DNA from: Sminthopsis crassicaudata
Taxonomy: Eukaryota
NCBI RefSeq assembly: GCF_048593235.1
Contig: NC_133620.1
Span: 461,247,261-461,311,260, forward strand
Direction: 5' to 3'
Length of the DNA stretch: 64,000 bases
Shown: in pieces, positions 24,480-38,082 of the stretch
Layout of the letters: each line of letters begins with the position of its first letter
Numbering within the stretch: the stretch's first letter is position 1
The notes under the pieces: generated by a model
What the model was told of the DNA's origin: nothing
Seen by the model: only the letters and a program-made list of their open reading frames with translations
Database searches by the model: none
Translations under genes and position numbers: made by a program

Positions 24480-24692
24480 AATGACAACAGCAAAGTCTCA
24501 CCACATTCTACCATCCCCTCAAGCTATTATTCTCCATCTCTTCTCCCTTTCACAGATTCCTCTCAGTCCTCAATCTCTTTCAGCCTGGCTTTTGACCTGA
24601 CCACTCCCTTGAAATGCTCTCTTCAAAGTTACTAAAGATCTCCTAACTGTCAAATATGACATTCTATTTTCACTACTCATCCTTCTGGACCA
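24480..24692 (+). mobile_element. L2 reverse-transcriptase fragment
   Basis: Translates FKVTKDLLTVKYDILFSLLILLD, matching the L2 RT motif (ETAL)SKVTNDLL.AK..G.FSILILLD. Confidence 0.75.
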
Positions 24693-24915
24693 AAGAACGG
24701 GAAGCCCCAAGAAGCAAGTTCAGGCTTGATACCAGGAAAGTTAATAGTTAGAGCTGCCCTTCCTCTTCCAGGAGGTAGTGAGCTCCCCATCATAGGTGGT
24801 CTCCCAGTGAAGGGTTGATGACCACTCATCAGGGATGTTGTTGAAGGGATTCGTTTTTCAGATCAAGTTGGACTAGGTGATTTCTGAGGTCTCCCAGATC
24901 TAAGATTCTTTGAGT
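24693..24915 (+). mobile_element. CR1/L3 3' end
   Basis: ttcaggcttgataccaggaaag...gaggtagtgagctccccatc...ttgatgaccactcatcagggatgttg...ttggactaggtgatttctgaggtc. Confidence 0.8.
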
Positions 24916-27900
24916 CTCCAACTGCAAATTGAAAACTTTAAACTTCTCTAAGCTAACGCCCAGCTTGGCCAAAAGTCCTTGGGTCCAATGGGACTGGTTG
25001 ACCATCTGTGCCACTGGACTGGTGTCTTGTAACTTGGCAGTGGGGCCACTTATTGCCCCACTCTCTTCTGCTGCTCTTAAACAGGTAATTGGTTTGTGAG
25101 ATATACATTCACGTTTTCCCAGTCTGGTAGATTCATTCTCCTTGTCAGCTACATATCATTCTTTCAAAGCTGCTCACTAAATCCTGCTACTGGCAACACA
25201 GAGGGGTCTCATTTCTGTTATTGCTATTTCCTACATATCCAAAATGTCAGAAATGAGTAAACAGCTGCTTTTTATTTATTTATAATACCTATTCTCTCTT
25301 CTAATATCTCTTTTTGTCTCTCCCTCCTGTCTCTTTATTTCTCTCTGTGTTTGTTTCTATTTATCTCTTTCTCTCTCTCATCTTCTCCATATATATCCAT
25401 ATCAATCTATCTGTCTGTCTATCTGTAGAACTGAAATGAGTAAATACATGTAAGAATTCAATACCAAAAAGAGTATGTAATTTAACCTCTTGGATACTTT
25501 TTCCTATTTTATTTAGGAGAATATACATTTAAAGAAGAGAAAATTGAGAAGGATGAATAGCTGACATTTATAATGTGCTTTAAAATATGCCGAGTACGTG
25601 ATTCTATTATCTCATTTGGTCCTCAAAATGAGAACATTTGAGGCACCTGCCCAATTTTACAGAGAAGGAAATTGAGGCTCAGAGGTGTAGTGACTTATTC
25701 CAGATTCATACCATTAGTAAGTGCCTGAAGTAGGCTGTAAATTATTGAATTCAAATGTAGCACTCTACACATTAAGCTATAGAAAAAGGAGAAAAAAAGA
25801 GAGAAATGGAAGAAAAGTGGGGAGCAAGAGGTATAGAAGCAGCAGCAGAAGGAGGGAGGAGGAGAAGAAAAGAGGAAATAAGGAAGAGGAAGAAAAGGAT
25901 GTAAAAGGAAAGGAAGATGGGGAGGAAAATAGATTGTCTTTAAGGTTTTCCTGGGAGACAGTATGACATAGGGGAAAGAATATTGACTTGTCTGAAGATC
26001 TAAAGATCTCAAGAAAGGGACCTTAGGGGTCACTGCATCCAGCCACTCCATTTTACAGATATGGAAACTGAAGCACATATAAAAATCACACAGCTAATAA
26101 GTGTTTAAGGTGGAATTTGAATTCCTATTCCTATTCCTAACTTTGAGCCAAATTATCTATCCACTAAGGCCAGCTTACTGCAAATTCTGAAAGTATAAAA
26201 CAAGGCAGCCAAAGATAATAGACTAATCTGGATGACTTCAGGACATTTCTGTGGACCAATATAACAATTATCCTGAGTTATTTCTGTCTTACAGTTTTTG
26301 AGACAACTAGTTTTGTTCTTCACAGTTTCTGATGGGGTAATAAAAAATAATCCTTTATACTCCTATATACAAAATCATGTTATATCTGTTTTTTATTTTT
26401 ATCCTCACACCAACCTTCTGAGATAGGTAATGCAGGTATTATTATCCCTTTTATACAGAAGAGTCACAGTCCAGACATGATCTATCCATTGTAACACAGC
26501 TTGTAAGTATCATAGATATCACTCAGAATCAGTTCTTTCCATTTCTTTCCCTTTATATTAAACCTGAAACATTTTGAGGGTTTTTGTTAAAGAAAGAATG
26601 GGTATGAGATACAGTGGGAAGAATTGAGATCAAACCTAAATATACATTAAATTGATTAAGAAGCACTCACTTGATGCTAAGGTCTATGCTTGGTACTGGA
26701 GATACAAAGACAAAAATGACACTCGCCTTGTTGAAAGATGTTATATTGTAATAAAGAGGCAAAAAAGAGCTGGAAAAGAGTTGAAAATATACATATAATG
26801 GTAGAGAGAAAGTATAAGAGAATGTGATTAAGAGAAATATAAAATGAACAGTCAAAATTGTGAATGTGAATGGGGTGAACTCGCCCATAAAATAGAAAAG
26901 GGATAGCATAATGGATCAGAAGGAGTTGAAGTTGTAGAGAATGAATATTGATGGGATTTGAAACATATCAGCATTAGGTTAAGACTTATTTAGACAGAGT
27001 GAACTAGTTGACTTTTAGCTGACCCACCCTCAAGTTGGTCTCCATGTGAAAATTCCAAAGCACAGTATATTCATTTCCTTACGGCTGTGTGTGTGTGTGT
27101 GTGTTTTGCTTTCAGCTAATCTTAATTGGAGGTAAGATTCCAGGTATTTAAAAAAATAACAATTGATAATTGTACATAATGCATATAAAATTCTTTGATC
27201 TTTATTATCTCATTTTAAGTTTCACAACAATCCTGCAATGGTATTATGTTTATTTTATTTTTTTCAAATTCTCATTTTAGAGATAAAAAAGAAACTGAAA
27301 CTCAGGGTTTAAGTGAATTAACTATGAAAATACACCAAATCAGAAAAAAAGATGTCATATAAATCAATCTCCGAAGTTTACAGATTAAATACCATACACT
27401 TCAGAAGAGTATAGTAACTTGCTTAGGGTTTACACAGATAATTAGTGGCAAGGGTGTGTTTGGCACCTATGGATCTAAATTAAAGTCCCTATCCAATGTG
27501 CCTAATAGGAAATTGGTGTCTGTGGAATAGTAGGGAGTGGGAGAGCTTGATTTCTTCTGGTGAAGGTTTATGTTAGATTTTGAAAAAAAAAATGATACAC
27601 ATGGCCAGTTCTCAGCACAGCTTTCAGCCGTTGCTCTTTTCTACTTCTTTTCCACTCTGAGACTGCCCTAGATATTCATTTTTATTTAATTTTACCTGGT
27701 GTCATGGTCTGTGAAAGGGAATAATTCTCAGGAGAATTAGTCATGACAGTCAGTAATGAAATCACTAGACCCTTTTGTTTGACAGTTTTAAGGGAAGGCC
27801 TCAAAGGGAAGGTCACTGTGGCTTAAGTGGAAATAGCTTAAGGGAGTGTAAGGCGGGGGGACTAAGTGAAGACAGCCCACTGACAGACTCCAACCCCTGC

Positions 27901-28949
27901 CTTATTCTGAACGACCTCCCATTTTGCTTCAGAACAAACCAAATCAGAGTAGCCCACTGACCCTCATTAGGATGGGGCTGGGCCTGATGCTTGTAAAGCT
28001 GGGCTGGGAAGGGAGATGCTTAGAAAAATTTGGGTCTGAAGCCCATAGAAGGAAGATAGAAGATCTAGAATGTTTTAATCTCCTGGAAACATCTACATTC
28101 CTGTCTCAGGATGGTGTGTTCAGCTTGGGCTCAAAGGCAGCTCATATTTCTTGTTTGTTTAGTTTTGTTTTTTATATCATAGGGGAGGAAAGTCCTGCTT
28201 AGATAGGTCCAATTCATTCCCCACTATAAATCCTTAGGATCTTTATTACAAATGAGGGAAACTGAAGCACAGCATTATAGATTTAGAGCAGGAAGGGATT
28301 CATTCAGCTCAATCTTCAAATTTTTTTTTAAATAAATAAGGAAGTATGTGAATCCTAGAAAAGTTAGATGACTTGCTTAAAACTACTTATCCAGCAAGAA
28401 ACAGAATCAGGAATCAAAGCCAGATCTTGTAATGTCAATCAACTGACAAGCTGGAAGTTTATAGCTTGGATTCTGGATAAAGCAGGTGTCCAGAAAAGAA
28501 TCATAATAGGAATAAAAGGGCATCAGGTAGAAGGGAAAATGTAGAGAACATTTGGATGAAAAAATTCTAGGTCAGAAACTTAAATATATAGAAGAAATAT
28601 GAGAAGCTATCTCCCTCCCTTCTTTGGGAAAATAGGCCTGGGATACTTTCACTTTCTACCTGTGTGACACTGGGTAAGTCACTTACTTAACCTTTCTGGG
28701 ACTCAGTTTCCCCACCTGTAAAAAGTATGTATGTGTGATATTACAAGTCTCCTAAAGCTTTTTTTTCTTCTCAAGATCTATGAATCTATATTGTACTAAT
28801 ATCAGACTTTTAAAAATTTTTTTAAAGTTCGCAGAGCTATCTCTCCTTTTTATTCTTTACACTGGAAAATTTTAATTTGAGGTTCAATCTTGCTTTAATA
28901 CACACATATATATGTATACATATACACACATATAAATTGACATTTTAAA

Positions 28950-29070
28950 ATATTATTTTAAATAATTTTATACATTTTATTTTACTTCTTTAAATACATA
29001 ATCCATAGGCTTCATCCAATGGTGAGAGGGTCCATGACATAAGCAGAGTAAGAACCTCAATTTAAGGGAT
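28950..29070 (+). mobile_element. hAT-Charlie-type fossil, right end
   Basis: tccataggcttcatccaatggtgagagggtccatgacataagcagagtaagaacc. Same family as 48706-48920, 54052-54450, 59880-59990 and 61085-61325. Confidence 0.6.
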
Positions 29071-30879
29071 TTTTCTCTTTGGGGGAAGGTTGAATTGGGG
29101 AAATACAGGTGAAGTAAAAAACAGATATTTGTAAAAGTATTTTCAAACATTTGAAAAGAAAGAAGTTTTTTAAAAAGAAGAATGACTGTCGGAAAAAATT
29201 CTCTTTTTTGGACTCCATTAATCACAAACCAAAGTTGTCTCAGAATGTAAAGAGACTGAAGACTGGAACTGGCAGGGCTAGTATTCTATGAGGTAAAGGT
29301 CTTGACCTTGAGCAAAGTTGGATTGGACTGGGATGTTTAACTGTGACTTATCATTGGAGCACAGGCACTGGTCATCGGCACATGCTCTCTGTATGTGACC
29401 TGGCTGGGGAGTTTGAGCTCTGTTCAGACCCTTTCCTGCCCCCCTTCTACTTCTGTATTATTCAATTGGCCAGTAGGAGTCATGACCCCACTAATGCTTT
29501 AGCGACAAGACTCTGGGGACTTAATGGACTGGCAATTGCTATATATTACAGAAGAGACAGAAAAAGCTCTCTTGTCAGAGTCCAGTGCTGAATATGCAAA
29601 CTCCACGGCCAGTCATTGGTCAGAGACAAGGGAGCTGGTCTTAGAGTCCTGGGACTTATTTGTTCAAGAAAGCCCTAAAGATATCTCAGCTCTCCAGGGT
29701 GGCTGGAGTTTATTCATCTAATCCTTTATTATTCTATGACTCTAAACTTAATCATATTGTACAGGGCTGGAATTAGAGGGCCTGGCTTGGACTCTTGTTT
29801 TTCACTTCATTTCTTCATGACATTTAGGGATCCCTTTTTGGCCTTTTGATTTCCCCACAATGAAAGAAGCAGTGGGTGGCTATGTTCAACTCTAGATCAA
29901 TTATCTAACAATATTGTCTTTCCCTGACCCCAGCATAGTGGAAAGAAGGAAGGAAGGAAGGAATATTAAGGTGTTTTTGAGATGTATCAGCGTTTCCCTT
30001 TCTTTGGGACTGACCAGTACACTATAACTTATTCCAGGAGAGATTTTCCAGGACAGCTCTGAGTCTACTACATGTTTACATAATGGCCCCTAAGAATGAC
30101 TGCTCAGAACAGGGGAAGCATGTGGGACATTCTCCCCTCCTAGGTTCCAATCTCCATTTCCAGGTTTGCTCACCCTTTTTTCCCTCTTTTTCCACACTCA
30201 GGCAAAGATCAATTACATCCTCTCTCTGCACTTTGTGCCCGTTTAATCTCTCCTATTTTGTTTCTGACATCTCCAATAATCCATCCCTGACACTCTTCAT
30301 AGATACAGCAATTACAGCCCACAAGGACAGCTCTTGACAGGATGAAGACTATTTGCCCGCCATCGTCCCGAGCCCTAAAGATATTGGACATGACTTCGGG
30401 AAATAGCTCTAGAAGGAAAAAAAAAAAAAGATACTGATAATGGCTGCTATCTACATCCTCTTTCTCTGTTCTTAACCAATGCAATGTCTGGAAGGAGAAA
30501 TGAGGAACCACAGTCCACTCTGTAACATTTAGATGGTGGTTGGATTGACAAAAACCTAGCTCAAACTTGATTATTGTCTGTTGGTAGACCACAAACCAGA
30601 TTGGACTGATTCTTGTATGAACCAGTTCTAAGGATCAGTACTTAACAAAGTCTAGAGGTATTAATTTTCTTAAATAGATCAGATTTATTATATTTTTAGG
30701 ATTTGAAATTCCCTTTCCTCTCAGGAAATTCATGGAGGTCATGCTATTCATTTTGGAAGATGGGGAATGAGTGGTGGGTTTGCCATTGACTGCTCAACAT
30801 AATTATTCTAACATCCAGAATATATTATCCTCTTAAACCTGGCTGAGAGGACAGGTATGTTAGAATGGAAGTTGCTTTT

Positions 30880-31130
30880 ATTGGTGACTATGGCAGTTGC
30901 ATAACAAATATTCCTGCCTGGGGGAAAAATGACTATTTCAATCTCTTTTCTTTCTCATAAAGTCTGTCTGTGTTGATGTGTTCGTTAGTTTTGCTGAATT
31001 GTTTACTTTCTCTCTTTTATTCTTTGTTATAAAGGATGGTTCTCTGAGAAGGGAGAGTGGGGAGGAATATATTGGAAAAATAAGGTGATATAAAAGGAAA
31101 AGATATCAGTAAAAGTTTTACAAAAATCAT
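30880..31130 (+). mobile_element. Older L1 3' UTR fragment
   Basis: ttgatgtgttcgttagttttgctgaattg...ttattctttgttataaaggatggttctctg...ggaaaaataaggtgatataaaaggaaaagatatcagtaaaa. Confidence 0.7.
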
Positions 31131-31511
31131 TTCATGAAAATTATGTTAAAAATTGCAAAAAATCAAGGAAAATAGGAGTTATGGTGAGACTCGATGTCAG
31201 TGGTATCAATCACTTTTATCTTCTCTATAGGTTGCACTGACTTTAAGTTGAATGCTCATTGCCTATTTTTGCTTTCTAGATGCTCAGTGTTACCCACCAA
31301 GTGTTCCTTCCTGTAATTAAATATACTCTGTCTGACACTATCTCTAGAGAGAGATAGGATGTCAAATATATGTGAAAATATAAGGCCAGTCTGACTGGAC
31401 CATAGAGTGTAGGAAGAGGAAAAAACATTATAAGGGTGAAAAAGTTAATTAAGGCCATATTGGGAACAGGTCTGAGATCTGAGAACTAGGAACCATTGAA
31501 ATTCAATGAGG

Positions 31512-31651
31512 GGGGCAATTAGGTGGTACAGTGGATAGAGCACCAGCCCTGAAGTCAGGAGGACCTGAGTTCAAATGTGACCTTAGACACAATTCCTAAC
31601 TGTGTGACCCTGGGCAAGTCACTTAACCCCAATTGCCACAGGGGGGAAAAA
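31512..31651 (+). mobile_element. WSINE1-like SINE
   Basis: ggggcaattaggtggtacagtggatagagcaccagccctgaagtcaggaggacctgagttcaaat...gtgaccctgggcaagtcacttaaccccaattgcc. Confidence 0.9.
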
Positions 31652-31969
31652 TTAATGCGTACAGGAGGAGACCCAAGGCTTTAGGACTATCTCTTTGACA
31701 GCTGAGGTCACATGCTACCATATGTATTCATGATTTGAGTAAGGGGTAGGGTAAAAGACATCTATATCTTCTCTAGCTTGACAAGATTTCGGGAGGAAGG
31801 CAGCAAGAATTGAGATGGAAAGAGAGAAGCAAAAAAAAAGATTTAGACCAATCATTTATTTGACTTCATCTTATTCTTCCCTACCCCCAACATTCTATCC
31901 ATTATTTTGATTCAAATTTTCATTTTTCAATGAGTTATACTGGTACCAATTAGACATAAGTCCAAAAGT

Positions 31970-32835
31970 AAAGTCATTTCGACAAGTATTTATTAAGCAC
32001 TTACTATGTGCCCGGCACTCTGCTAAGTACTTACCAGTTTTATATATTTTTGAATATATCTATATATACAAAACTATATGGTGGATAAAATGGAATTCAT
32101 TAAAGGGGATTGGGAAAGCCTTTTTGCAGAAGGAAGGATTTTAGCTGAGATTTGAAGGAGGTCAAGAGGTAGAGAGGATTGGAGAACAGTCAGTGGAAGT
32201 GTCCAGTGTCAGAAGTTGAATTGACTTATTGGAGGAATGGTAAGGAGTCTAGGATCACTGAATGTTAGAGGAAAATGAGATATAAAAAGACCAAAAAGAT
32301 AAGAAGAAAAGGTCATAAAGGATTGTGAAAGTCAAACCAAGGGGTTTTATATTTGTTCTTGAATGTAAGAGAGAGATAATGGATTGGATGAGTGTGTGGA
32401 TGGCAACATAGTCAAGTCCAACATTTTACTTTAGGAAAATCATTTTCATATATGAGTGGAGGATAAACTACAATAGGAAAAGACAAGAGGCAGAAGACAG
32501 GTCAGCAGGGTCTTGTGCAAATCCATGCATGAGGGTGTGAGGGCCAGAATCATGAGGGTCAGAGTGTCCCAGAAAAGAAGTTCTTCTTTAGAAGGTCTTG
32601 TAGAATCGATAGGATTTAGCAAAAGATTGGATGGGGTGGAATTGTTAAGTTGCGAGCCTGGATAACTGGAAAGATGGTGGAATTGATGGTAAGAGGGGAG
32701 CTAGGAAGAGGAAGGGGTCTGGGAAGAAAGATAAACTCAGTTTTGGACATATTGAGTTTAAGATGCCTTTAAGATATTCGGTATATGGAGCATCAGGCAT
32801 AGTGTTGATGATAGAATCACCAAACATTGTGGTGG
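31970..32835 (-). mobile_element. L2 (long 3' fragment)
   Basis: atttattaagcacttactatgtgcccggcactctgctaag at the left and tgagctcagttttggacatattgagtttaagatgcc-type motif toward the right. Confidence 0.8.
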
Positions 32836-34020
32836 GTGGGTCTGTTGCCATGCAGACATTCAAACACAGGTGGTTTCCATTTGGGAAACTATTGCCAGGT
32901 GCTGGGAGCTGTTAAATCTCATTAAAAGGAACCAGGAGAGTTGTCCAGGCACCACAGATCAGGGCTTAAAAGAGTGATTCTTATACTTATTAGCCAAGTG
33001 GCCACAGGCCAGTCTTATGACCTCTCTGAACTTCAAGTCCTCATTCATAAACTTTGAAGATCCCTATGTTGTATTCCCCAGTAGAATGAGTTCCCTGAAA
33101 GGAAAACCTACTTCATTCCTTTCCAGTACATAGTTTAAATGCATCCATCAATTAGCAAACATTGAAAAAGTGTTTATGATATTCCAGCCTTCTTCCTCAG
33201 CACTCAGGATACAAAGAAAAATCAAAACTGTGCTTGTCCTCAAGGAGCTTACATTTTATTGGGGGGGGTGTTCCATGGTGCATAAATCACTATACACATG
33301 AGACATGGGGATGGATAGAATCCCATAATAGATGTTGCTAAATGTTTCTTGGTTGATTGCATGTATACAATTAAAACTTGAAGGCTGTTCATTGTTTAGT
33401 CTCTTCATTTTTCAATGAGCAACCTGTATGGTTTTCTGATCACACATCTTTCTAATGGTACCCTTATTCTGGTTCTCTAGCTGGAAATACGTTGCAGCCT
33501 GCTCATGTCTATACCCTTTGGGTGACCCACAAATTAAATTCTCGGTTGATCGTAGCATTCCCTGACTCATAATTGGCATTTGAGTCTCAGTCCCCATACT
33601 CTTTTCATGCCAGGCAAGTGGGCGCATTTTGAGGAAGGAGATCTCTGCCAGGATGCTTGCTAAGGTTCACAGCTATAATGTATCAGATCATCCAAATTCC
33701 ATCATATTCTCAAGCCACTTAACTTTTATTATATGTTTCCAACATCTCCAGAAATACATTGCAGAAATTACCTACCTACGCTTTCTGTAGCAGAGTCTAT
33801 GATCAGTGATCATTCCCAGCTACAGGTTGGAGCTTCACTTGCTCCCTGAAATGACACATCTGGAAAAGAATAATTGCTTCCTTGGCAGCAAGGCATCAAA
33901 GAAAGGCAGGGTTGGTTCACATTCTCTTCCACATTTTTAAAAGCGATTTTCATGTCTTTAAAAAAAAACTGGTTAAACCTCAAGGACAATGATAGATAAG
34001 CAGCGAGAACAATCAGATGT

Positions 34021-34438
34021 TTTTCTTTTTTTATTGAAGCTTTTATTTTCAAAACATATGCAAGGATAATTTTTCACCATTGACCCTTGCAAAACCTTGT
34101 GCCCTCTCCTAGATGGCAAGTAATACAATATATGTTAAACACGGTAAAATATATATGTAAATCCAACATAGGCGTAAATATTTATACAATTACTTGTTGT
34201 ACAAAAAGAATCAGATCAAAAAGGGGAAAAAAAAAAGAAAAGAAAACTCAAGCAAACCACAACAAAGGAAGTGAAAATGCTATGTTGTGAACCACATTCA
34301 GTCCCCACAGTCCTCTCTGGGTGCAGATGGCTCTCTCCATCACAAGACCATTGGAACTGGCCTGAATCTTCTCATTGTTGAGAAGAACCACATCCATCAG
34401 AATTGATGATGGGATAATCTTGTTACCTTGTGCAATGA
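34021..34438 (-). mobile_element. Marsupial L1 3' end
   Basis: T-tail, attgaagcttttattttcaaaacatatgc...ccattggaactggcctgaatc...catccatcagaattgat. Confidence 0.95.
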
Positions 34439-34659
34439 AATCCAATCGGATATTTTTCTGCCTCAGTCCAGAAGAAAGAATTGGGAGCTATGAGTAGAAG
34501 TGAGGGGCAGCAAAAAGGGAGATAGATTTAAGTCTGAACACTAACATTTGTATCCAGTCTGTGACACTTTCTGCTTGAATGAGCACTTAACCAGTCTTTT
34601 CTTAGAATCCTCTAGTAAGAAGAAACTATTTACGGAGCAGCACATTGGATAGCTCAAAT

Positions 34660-35350
34660 CAGTCAGTTGTAAGCATTTAAGCTTGAATCATGTATCAAGC
34701 TCTGTGCTAAATGCTAAAGGCATGGAGCTAAAAAAAAAAAAAAAGAAAATCCTTCCTGTCCTCAGGTAGCTTACAGTCCTTTGGAAGGAATAATGAGTGC
34801 ATATATAAATGTAATGGAGTTAGGACAATCTATTAGTCAGAAGTCTATGCTCAACCACTGTCTTCCAACTTAGGAAAAATAAGGGACAAATGTTTTGATC
34901 ACTAATATTCCATCTCTCCTACCAGTTAGCCTAGTTTTTACTTGAAAGGTATTAAAATGTAGAAGATGGTGTTTCAGTTGAGACAGGAGGGAAAGCAAGG
35001 ATTAATTATAAGAGGTAGAGGTGAGGGGGAAGTGTATTCCAGGAAGGGAATAGATAACCAATGAAAATTCGAACATGTTAAAGGAAGAACATTAGGAAAA
35101 GTCAGCTGAGTGGATCATAGATTGTATGAAGAAGAGTACAATTTAATAATGTCAGAGAGGTAAATTGGGAGAGCTTATGATGAGCTTTAACTATCAAAAA
35201 GAGGAATTGGAGTTTAATTCTCATTGGGAATTCCAATGGAGTTCCAAAACTCATTGGGATTTTTTGAGTAGAGGAATGATATAGAAAGACATGAACTTTG
35301 GGAAAATTGCTTTGGTAGCTGACTGAAGAATCAATTGTTAGAGAGTTTTG
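34660..35350 (-). mobile_element. L2 fragments
   Basis: aaatcagtcagttgtaagcattta...ctgtgctaaatgc...cctgtcctcaggtagcttacagtc and further purine-rich L2-like segments. Confidence 0.65.
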
Positions 35351-36001
35351 AGAACAAGAATTCTATTAATTCTATTATATTCTATTAATTCTAATTAATT
35401 AATATATAATTCTATTAATTGTCAAGGGGAAGTTAGGAAGGCTTGGCTGGGGTAGGAGGTTTTCCCAGTTCAGAAATTTTTAAAAGTTGATATTAGTTGG
35501 CATTGATCCAGAAGTTTTAAAGCTAGTTCACACTGATTTGAACTGGTGAAAATCAGTTGGAAATGGATGAATATATTAATTTTGTGATAATTTTCATTCC
35601 CCACAACTGCCCCACCAAATAAGCGTATGAAATCCTCATGGGTTGACTTAACTCTATACTCTGTCTCTGATGGTAATTTTCAAGAATAATCTGAGTGAGA
35701 GGATGAAATAGTTGTGTTCATAGATTATAGATAAACCCCAGACATTTATAACTTCTCCTTAATGACATGCTGTGGCACTCTGTCTCATGAGTGATTTTAT
35801 TTGTCCCTCTTTCTTGGAGCTATTTATCTGAATGAAGCTTGGTCAGTTTCAGTCTGGCTGATGGTCATTTCATATTGATATCTATATTCTAAAGTAATTT
35901 TAAGGTACTTAGTGATGATGACCAAATTTCATACCCTCCTAAAGGGCATCAAGACAGATCTTGAATTCAATTTATGTTTCATTTTGACATCTTCCAGTAA
36001 A

Positions 36002-36402
36002 TTGATGGCTAATCACATTTAGTAGTCCTTAATGGTTTGATGTCAGTTTGGAAGGAGGTCACTTATGGAGTGCCGCAGGCATCTGTGCTATTTTTCTTCA
36101 TTTCTTTTTTTTTTTAAATCAGTTCACTGGATAAAGGAATAAATGGCATTGTTGGAAGGATAAATTTGTAGATGGCACAAAATGAAATGGATAATGCCAA
36201 CACATTGCTTGACTCAGATAGGATTCAAATTGGTCTCAGCTGGGTAGAATGTTGGATGAAATAAAGAAAATTAAATTTGATGGGGTCAAATGTAAAATCT
36301 TGTACTGGGGTTCAAAAAATCAACTTCCCAAGTACAAGCTAGAGGAGGTGTGGCTAGATAGCAACTATTGGCAAAAAGACCTTGGGATTTTTGTGAATTA
36401 CA
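36002..36402 (+). mobile_element. CR1/L3 reverse-transcriptase C-terminal fragment
   Basis: WKEVTYGVPQASVL, KFVDGTK (FADD motif decayed) and KCKILYWGSKNQLPKYKLEEVWLDSNYWQKDLGI match CR1 RT. Confidence 0.9.
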
Positions 36403-36439
36403 ATTCATTGTATGCAGTATTTGACACTCATAGTCTCCC

Positions 36440-36900
36440 ACTTTTCAAAAAGAATATGGACAGGCACATTTTCTTTTTATTTCTCTCCCTTAAGAATTAA
36501 ACTTGGCCCTTATAATTTGGCAGAATTCAGTTTCGATTGCTTTGCTGTTGTTATTTCTATTTATGCTGTAGTGCTCACTACAATGTCACCATTATACTGT
36601 GTATATTATTTTCCTGATTCTGATTTCTTCTCTCCATAACTTTATATTTCTTCTTGTTTCTCTATATTCATCATTTGTTATTGTACAGCAATATTTAGTT
36701 ACACTTATGTCCCACAGTTCATTTATTTTCTTAGCACAATTACAATTTGTGTTTCAGAATTGTTCATACATTTAAAAATTGGTTGGTAGATTTCTATTAT
36801 ATCTTCTTTCTCTCTTCAGACAACTACCATTTTTACTTCTCAAATTTTTTTTTCTCTTGAGGTCTTTAAAATTTTATTGAGTTTCCTATTAAAACAAACA
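36440..36900 (-). mobile_element. Older L1 3' fragment
   Basis: T-rich sequence with catttgttattgtacagcaatatttagttacac...catttattttc resembling a reversed L1 ORF2 end. Confidence 0.5.
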
Positions 36901-38082
36901 CTGTTTCTCTAACCTTTTTCTATAAAGAAATTTTCAGTGACCCTAAGTAAAAGTTATCCATGGTTCCATAGGCTCAAGGAACCTATTGATTAGTCAGCCC
37001 TAGCTCTAAAGGGCCGTCCTTCAATTGCTTGCTGACCTTTGGGGGAATTAATTAACTCAAGTTATGCTGGGTTTATGGAATAGTATCCTGGCTACAAGAA
37101 TCCATTTCCTGACCCTTGGTGGTTAGTACCAACTTCATAGCATAATGGTTCCCACATCTTTTTTGCAACATAGTAGAGGGATCCTTTTCAGAAGAGGAGC
37201 AATAGACTAAGGACTACTGTGAGCAGTTGGGGGCTCAGGATAGTGACCACGATACTGTCTGCTCCATTGGAGCTAGTTATTACTTATTATTTAGCAATTT
37301 TGTCGCTGTTGTTTTGGAGTCTATGCTACTATTCTACTTCCCTCCTTACTGCTTTTGCTATTCTTTATAGATCAGGGAGTACTGATCCTTTACAATCTCT
37401 ATTATCCTCTCCATTTTTCCTGAACCAAAATTTCTTTGCCTGTTCTTGTTGACTGCACCAATTTGTGCTTTATCTGGTGTAGTAAATGACTTGGAGTCTG
37501 AGGGTTTGGGTCAACCATCCCTTCACTCAACAGAAGCACAAGGGAACCATCTTAGCCTTCTTCAAAGTATGACCCAATAAAAGTAGCTTGCATAGAAATT
37601 CTGACCAGTGTAAGAAGCTTCCAAGCCCACCATATTAAGTGTTCCTTAAAAAATGCCTTGCCTGTAAACTCTCAAATTTAAGTTTTCCATCAATCCACCT
37701 AAGGGATGTGATGTGTTAACTCAAACTTCCCTGGGTCTACATTACAGCATCTGGGCTTTCAACTTCCTTCTAGAGGCATAGTACAGATATGGGTTTCATC
37801 TGGCCAAATTTCAGAGATACTTGTGAGGTTAGATTTGATAATTTTCTGTTGAGATTATTCCAGACACTTTACTTTTGCTCAGACTTTGTGCATTTGTGAA
37901 TAGACTTTTGAGGCCATGAGTTTTATTCTGATTCATTTCGCAATTTTGTCTCCTGTAATCTGGATGTCTCAATTGCTATCTTTCTTCCTTTATTGAATCT
38001 ACATGGTTTATAGTTTGTTGGATTTATCTTCTACATCATAATATTCTATCCATTCTTCTTAGTTAATAGCTATTATGATTGA

